From the human T2T-CHM13v2.0 reference genome, Homo sapiens: DNA of 64,000 bases. The stretch lies in NCBI RefSeq assembly GCF_009914755.1, contig NC_060935.1. One strand, written 5' to 3'. The notes beneath the pieces were generated by a model. The model did no database searches. It worked only from the letters and a program-made list of their open reading frames with translations, and was not told where the DNA came from. This document shows, piece by piece, positions 58,051-64,000 of this stretch; positions within the stretch are counted from its first letter, which is position 1, and every line of letters starts with the position of its first letter. A program made the translations under genes and the position numbers.

Positions 58051-59123
58051 GAGGAAACAAGTTAAAAAGTTCTCTACTCAGTCTGAGTTTTCTTCACTTA
58101 CAGTGCCTTTGTGTGTTATTTTTGCAAGATGTTTGGATTCTGAATCAGGGAATACTTGCCAAATATCATTTAAACTTGAAATGAGGATACTCTTTCTAAA
58201 AAGTTATTTTTACTAATTAAACACATTTTTATTCTGTCTCAACTAAATGCTAGGCTTGCTTGTGAAGATATAAATGGTTCCTGCTCTACAGAGCTTACAT
58301 TAGAGAACTGATTTAATGACAGCTGTGGTAAATATTAGGGAGAATGGCTGGTGCACAAGTTGAGGGTCTAACTAGGGATCCAACCTCATGTAAGGTTAGA
58401 GCAGGTCTTCTCTAGGAAGATTTGACATTCAAAGTGAGCTCTGAGGGATTAATAGGAATTAACTAGGCAACCTGTGGATGTTCCTGACAGTGCAGTTGTT
58501 CAGAACGCAGGATGTTGAAGGAATCAAGACAGGGCCTTTGCAGCTGTAATGCAAAAATGGGGAGTGAGGAGGGATGTGGCATTGGGTGAGACAAGTCATT
58601 GGTGGGAGGGTCGTAGTAGGGTTTTTATCCTTAAAAGGAAAACAAAAGTCACCTTGAAAAAAGTTACAAATAGAGAAACTATCAAAGTATCTAGTACCAT
58701 TTATATATACGTATTTTTTTTTTTCTTGGAAACTGGGATGGTTCCCATGGTTATTTTGCCATGGTTCTTGAAGAAATAGTTCTGTGATAGCTAACTTTCT
58801 TTAGCCTAGAGGGAGGAAAGTCTAACTTCTCCAGATTTCTTGAAAGAGGAGTTTGCTGCACTAATCAAAGCCCAACCAGGCTGGTATCTGCCACGAGATG
58901 GAAAAGTATTGAAGGTACTACTGACTTACAGCCCTGTTTGCTCTTCTCTAGTCAGTACTATCGGGGGCAAATCACGGCTCCTTTTGTAAAAGTAGCTGTG
59001 AAACACAGTTCTTTCTGTAAGTTCATGGGTGATGAATCCCAAAAGGGCTTATAGAATGTCAAATCGCCAGCACAGCCCAAGGGACAGCACATTCTCTAAT
59101 TGAGGCAAGAGAATTAGTTAGGG

Positions 59124-59312
59124 TAAGGTTTCCCAACTTTGGCTTTTCGGGCCAAGTTATTCTTTATTGCGGGAGGCTGTCCCTTGCCTTGAAGGATGTT
59201 TAGCAGCAGCAGGTCTGGCCTATACCCACTAGATGGCAGTAGCACCCTCGCCCGGTTGTGGCAATCAACTTGCCCCCCAGGGAGAAAAATCACCATAGGC
59301 TGAGAAAAGCTG
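59124..59312 (-). mobile_element. MER20 hAT-Charlie DNA transposon
   Basis: ggatgtttagcagca..tggcctatacccactagatggcagtagcacc..ttgtggcaa..ttgccccccaggg. Confidence 0.85.
59226..59239 (+). promoter_or_regulatory. CTCF core motif within MER20
   Basis: CCACTAGATGGCAG fits CCASYAGRKGGCRS. Confidence 0.55.
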
Positions 59313-59783
59313 AGTTACAGATATTATAAAAGTTCTTTCTTTCACAATTAAAACAATTATACTCATTTTTTGCCATAAATTCACTTACACGCTGCAACAT
59401 TTAACAAATCAGATTCCTAATTATCAAGGCTAACTCTCCTACAGTGTACAAAGCACTGCCGTATGTGTCTGCTATCCATTTATTTATGTAAACATTTATT
59501 AAACACCTGTTTTATGTAGGCACTATGCTAGTTGCTAGGGTTACAATCAAATGAGACAGTATTGCAATATCTTCCCCTAAGCTACAGGGGGAGATAAAAA
59601 CATGAGTATATCATAGGGGTCTGATAGAAGTCTACTGAGAGGTGAAAGGAAGAAGAATGGTTAGAATCTTAGGGGTGGAGCTCCCAGGAAGTACAAGGTC
59701 CAAGTGAAGCTTGGTGTGGAAACCTGAAACACAGCCAAGTATTTTTCAGGCTGATAGATTTGGGGAGTGGTCAGGAAGCTTAA

Positions 59784-60236
<453 letters not shown>

Positions 60237-61249
60237 TAGCTTAGAGTCGCTTATCAAATACCAAAATTAACCTGTCAATTTAACTATTCCTTGGCTTAAC
60301 ATTGTTTGTCTTTTCCAGTGAAACTTAGTAGTAGAATAAGAAAAACTCAGGGAGTACTCTTAACAAATAATTTAAAAAGACAACCTCCAATGATAAAAAA
60401 AATTGCTTTCTTATATTTATATATTTCAAAAGGCACATTCACAGACATTCTCTCTTGTGATTCTTTTACAAACCCTATCAGGTAGAAAGGGGATGCATTA
60501 ACATCTCTGCTCCATGGAGAGAAAGAGCACTCTCAGGGAGTGTGTTTAGGTACAGTGCTCACAAGACATGCCTGCCTTTCTCAGCATGGATATATAGTTC
60601 CCAGAGGGCAATGCAATGGTTCCTTGTATTTTAGCTTGTCATTGTATTTTAGCCCAGGGTACTGCCATGATTTTCGTATCCTTGAAAGCAGTTCAATTTC
60701 TGCATTTAGAACTGAAATTATAGTGTCTCAAAGCTGAATTTAAAAGAACAATTTACTGCTGTCCCCATGAAGAAACAGAACCAATCAATGTAATAAAAAA
60801 AAATTTAAGATCATTCTGTACTTTGTACAGTTGCTCTTGTAGTCATGTGACTCATAGGGAGCAGCAAACTGCCTGTCATGGAATATTTAGAAAGCAGAAC
60901 AGTATTTAGTCTTAGGTAAGTATGCAAGAAATGCATGCTGGTTAGATGAATGGATAGAAAAGTGAGTGGAAGGATGGGAAGGAGGATGGAAGGTTGGTTG
61001 CCTCTAGGAATGACAGACAGTGACCTGTTTCTCAGCATCCTGCACCTTATTGCTTTCCTGTTTTCTGTCAAAAACAAGTTCCTTGTTATTGATTTCAACA
61101 GAGTTTCTAATTCCATTTATTACCTGAAAGAAGGACAAAAGCAGGTGGAAAATGCTGAAATGAACATTTTAGTTTAGAAATCTTCTTCCCGAGAGAGAGG
61201 TGCTCAAAACCCAATGTGTTTGCCATGGATACTCTTAATGATCAGAGTC

Positions 61250-62310
61250 ACACTTGGCCTCTCCCCCTTACTCTCCACCAGATTCAGTGGGTTAATCACT
61301 AAGTCCCATCACATCTCCCTCTAGGGAGGCATTTCAAAACTGTCCCTTAATTTCCCTGTCTGTTCTTGTTGCATTTGCTCAAACTCCCATCACCTCATCT
61401 CTGGCATAAGTGTCTCAACTAGTCTATTTTCTCCATGTCTTTCCATTATATCTTGAGCAGTATATTCAAACTAAAATTTAAAAACTTATTTTGTTTTTTC
61501 TTATGTCCTCCAAAGTTTTCAGTGGCTGTTCACAATAAAGGCTAAATTTCTCATTCTACTAACTAGGCCTTCCATGACGCAGCCCTTCATATTTATTTCT
61601 GCATAAATACAACTAAAAGCTGAATGATCTCTTCACTTTACCAAGAACAGATTTTACACATCACAATATCACATCCACCACTTATTCCTATGTCCAATAT
61701 TTATTGAGCACCTATTATGAAGGCTTTAAGCCAGACCGTGAGCATCAGAAAAAGACAGAATAGGAAAAGACAAACTCCTTTCCTCAGGGAGCTCAGTTTC
61801 CCAGAATCTACAGATAAGCTCTTTTACTACAGAGTAAATGTGCTGCAACTGGATAAGAAAAAGATAAGGGAGGAGCTCAACAGAGGGCACCCCCAGACTA
61901 AATTGAGTGCTTTCTTCCTTGGGTCACCTTTGTATCTCTAGCTCAGTACTACCTGTATTATAATTTTACACCTATCCTGTTTTGTAATTATTGATTAACC
62001 CTGAAGTCAGAGGTGGAGTCTTATTCAACTTTGGCTCTTAAAAGCCCAGTTCAATGCCAGACCAACACCCATCGACAGAGTGACACAGACCAACAGTGAG
62101 CAGTTGCTGGTTACTTACTGTATGAGAAGTGCCATGTTAAATGTTTATGTGCATTTTCCCAATTGATTTCCATAATGCAGTGGGCCTTATTAATGTATTA
62201 TTAGTAATATCTCTATTTTACATAGTGATATAAAATACCTTGACCAACAACTATTAAGTGGAAAAGCTAGAATTAGAAATCAGGTCAGTGTGATGCCAAA
62301 AATTGAATTC
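61250..62310. mobile_element. Cluster of L2 fragments (both strands) and a MIR (62095-62310, minus)
   Basis: caatatttattgagcacctatta; taaatttctca..aggccttccatg; gctagaattagaaatcaggtcagtgtga. Confidence 0.6.
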
Positions 62311-63084
62311 CTTCTATGAACATATGAATCATTTAGTGACAAATGAATGAAGTTTCTCTTTCTCTGTGGGTGCATTCTCTTTCCCTAGAACTTCATAAAG
62401 CCTTGGAAGAAGTCAGACACATTCAAAATTTATTTTTGCTTTAAAATGACATTTGTTCAAACTGAATTGATAGAAATGAAAATTAGTTATTTCAGAGAAG
62501 CCACAAGCTCCAGGCACATGCAAGGTGTTTGGACAGATAAGTGTGATGAGTACTGTATGTTGGTGTTGAAAGGGTTGGGAAGGGAGCCCACACACCTATG
62601 TAGAGGGAATCACACTATGTGTCTGGCTTCATGTGGCTGATAAAATAATGGAGCCAGGGGAAGGAGATAGTTCCTTTTGAAAGGGCTTCACCAAATTTCC
62701 TTCCTTCCCCCACTAGCCAATCAAGCTGCTTCTCTTTGTCCTCTGCTGAGAGGTGACTTTTCATTCTTCTCCAGGTGCAAGGTGTCAAAGAAATGGAATC
62801 ATAGGGGAAGAAGCTTGCCCCTGTAGAGGGAAAATGAGCTGCACTGGGTTTGGCAGGATTTGGTGGCTGTTTCATGTTGGCTATTGTAATAAGTTAAGGG
62901 AATGGGAATTATGCTAATGAACAATACTAGTCAGTTGCCTCATTCCTTTCCCCTCATCTGAATAAATTCTTGGGCTCAGTAAAGGTTTTGTAGCCTTGAG
63001 GGCTTTTTAAATCCTCTTATGATCCTGGCTCGGCTGAAGTAAACCTTGAAGATACGCTCGAGGTCAGAACTTTTCAGAAGAAGG

Positions 63085-63290
63085 AGCTATGATAAAGTTG
63101 AAAGAACATGGAATTTGACTACAGGAAGTTCAGGTTCTGACTGTGGCTTGGCCTCTTACCAGCTATGTGAACCTTCCTGAGATTTAGCTTATTGTTTGTA
63201 AATGGAGATAAAATACCTGCAAAGGGGTTTTGAGGATTCAAAAATATTTTACTTGTGAAGGAGTCTAAAACATGAGAGACATTTCATATG
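63085..63290 (+). mobile_element. MIR SINE
   Basis: caggttctgactgtggcttggcctcttaccagctatgtgaacctt..tgtaaatggagataaaatacct. Confidence 0.75.
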
Positions 63291-64000
63291 TTTTCTTGTC
63301 TAAATGTCCAAGGTGAAGACTCCTTCCACCCTCATTCCCGCCCCAGTGGATTTTAGTGAAAACTGATCTTTGCTGATTCATTGGAATAAGTGATTAGGGC
63401 TAAGACCCAAAACTAAATAGTTGTGTAAGAGAGGCCCAAACCATAAATGAGTAAATTATCTCTAGCTTCTTTCCTTGGGCACCAAAATAAATTCTGGCAT
63501 TTGCTGCTCTTCTGAGATTTGCTTGGTCAAATCTCTTTATAGGTCTGCAGATCTCCTGGAAATGACCAAATATTTAACATTTTTTTCTCTTTCTCTCATA
63601 ACTCTATAATTGTTATCTATTGTACTTATTTAACATACACTAAGAGCTGAAATCTTGTCTCAAACTAATAAGGGATATATAATGTATTATCAAAATACTA
63701 TGAGAATAGCCTCTGTCCAAAAACTGTTGGCTTTCTGTTTGAATAGAAGAAACTTGCGCATAGAATCTGCCTCAAATCAGCCAAGACATTTGCCATCTTA
63801 TTTTACCACAGTCCACCACTTGTGCCTAGGTGATATAATAAAAGACGGGGACTAAGCTTGCCTGAAGGCACATTTGTGCAGGTTACTAACTCTGGATGGA
63901 AGCAGCCTAGTGACCTGATGAGTAGAGTACAGGCCTGTACAAACAAATATCAGGGCAGAATTTTAACTTGAAGTCTTTCTCCAGTCATGTCCTCTTTTAT

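Overview
Human genomic DNA (AluY plus an L1 3' end with L1HS pre-Ta diagnostics), AT-rich and dominated by transposable elements. I see no confidently identifiable protein-coding exon, RNA gene, CpG island or CRISPR array. The long ORFs in the track are decayed L1 ORF1/ORF2/ORF0, Alu or LTR read-throughs. The centre (~19.9-48.0 kb) is an almost continuous ~28 kb stack of nested LINE-1 elements of different ages, with Alu, MER9 and MADE1 insertions. The most interesting object is a ~6.1 kb minus-strand L1 at 34412-40518. Its 3' ~0.5-0.7 kb looks like L1HS pre-Ta (ACG/G diagnostics, no decay that I can see). Its body and 5'UTR are an older, decayed L1PA4-like element, and its two flanks come from different L1s. 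This fits a human-specific L1HS insertion resolved by recombination with an old L1 and deleting the DNA between them. Other notable items: an inverted and duplicated 5' end of an L1MA element that captured flanking DNA, several small template-switch scars, a MER20 copy with a good CTCF core, and low-confidence splice-site, microexon and enhancer candidates in the unique flanks. Subfamily names come from remembered consensus sequences and boundaries of old repeats are approximate. I found no evidence of a wholly new biological system.
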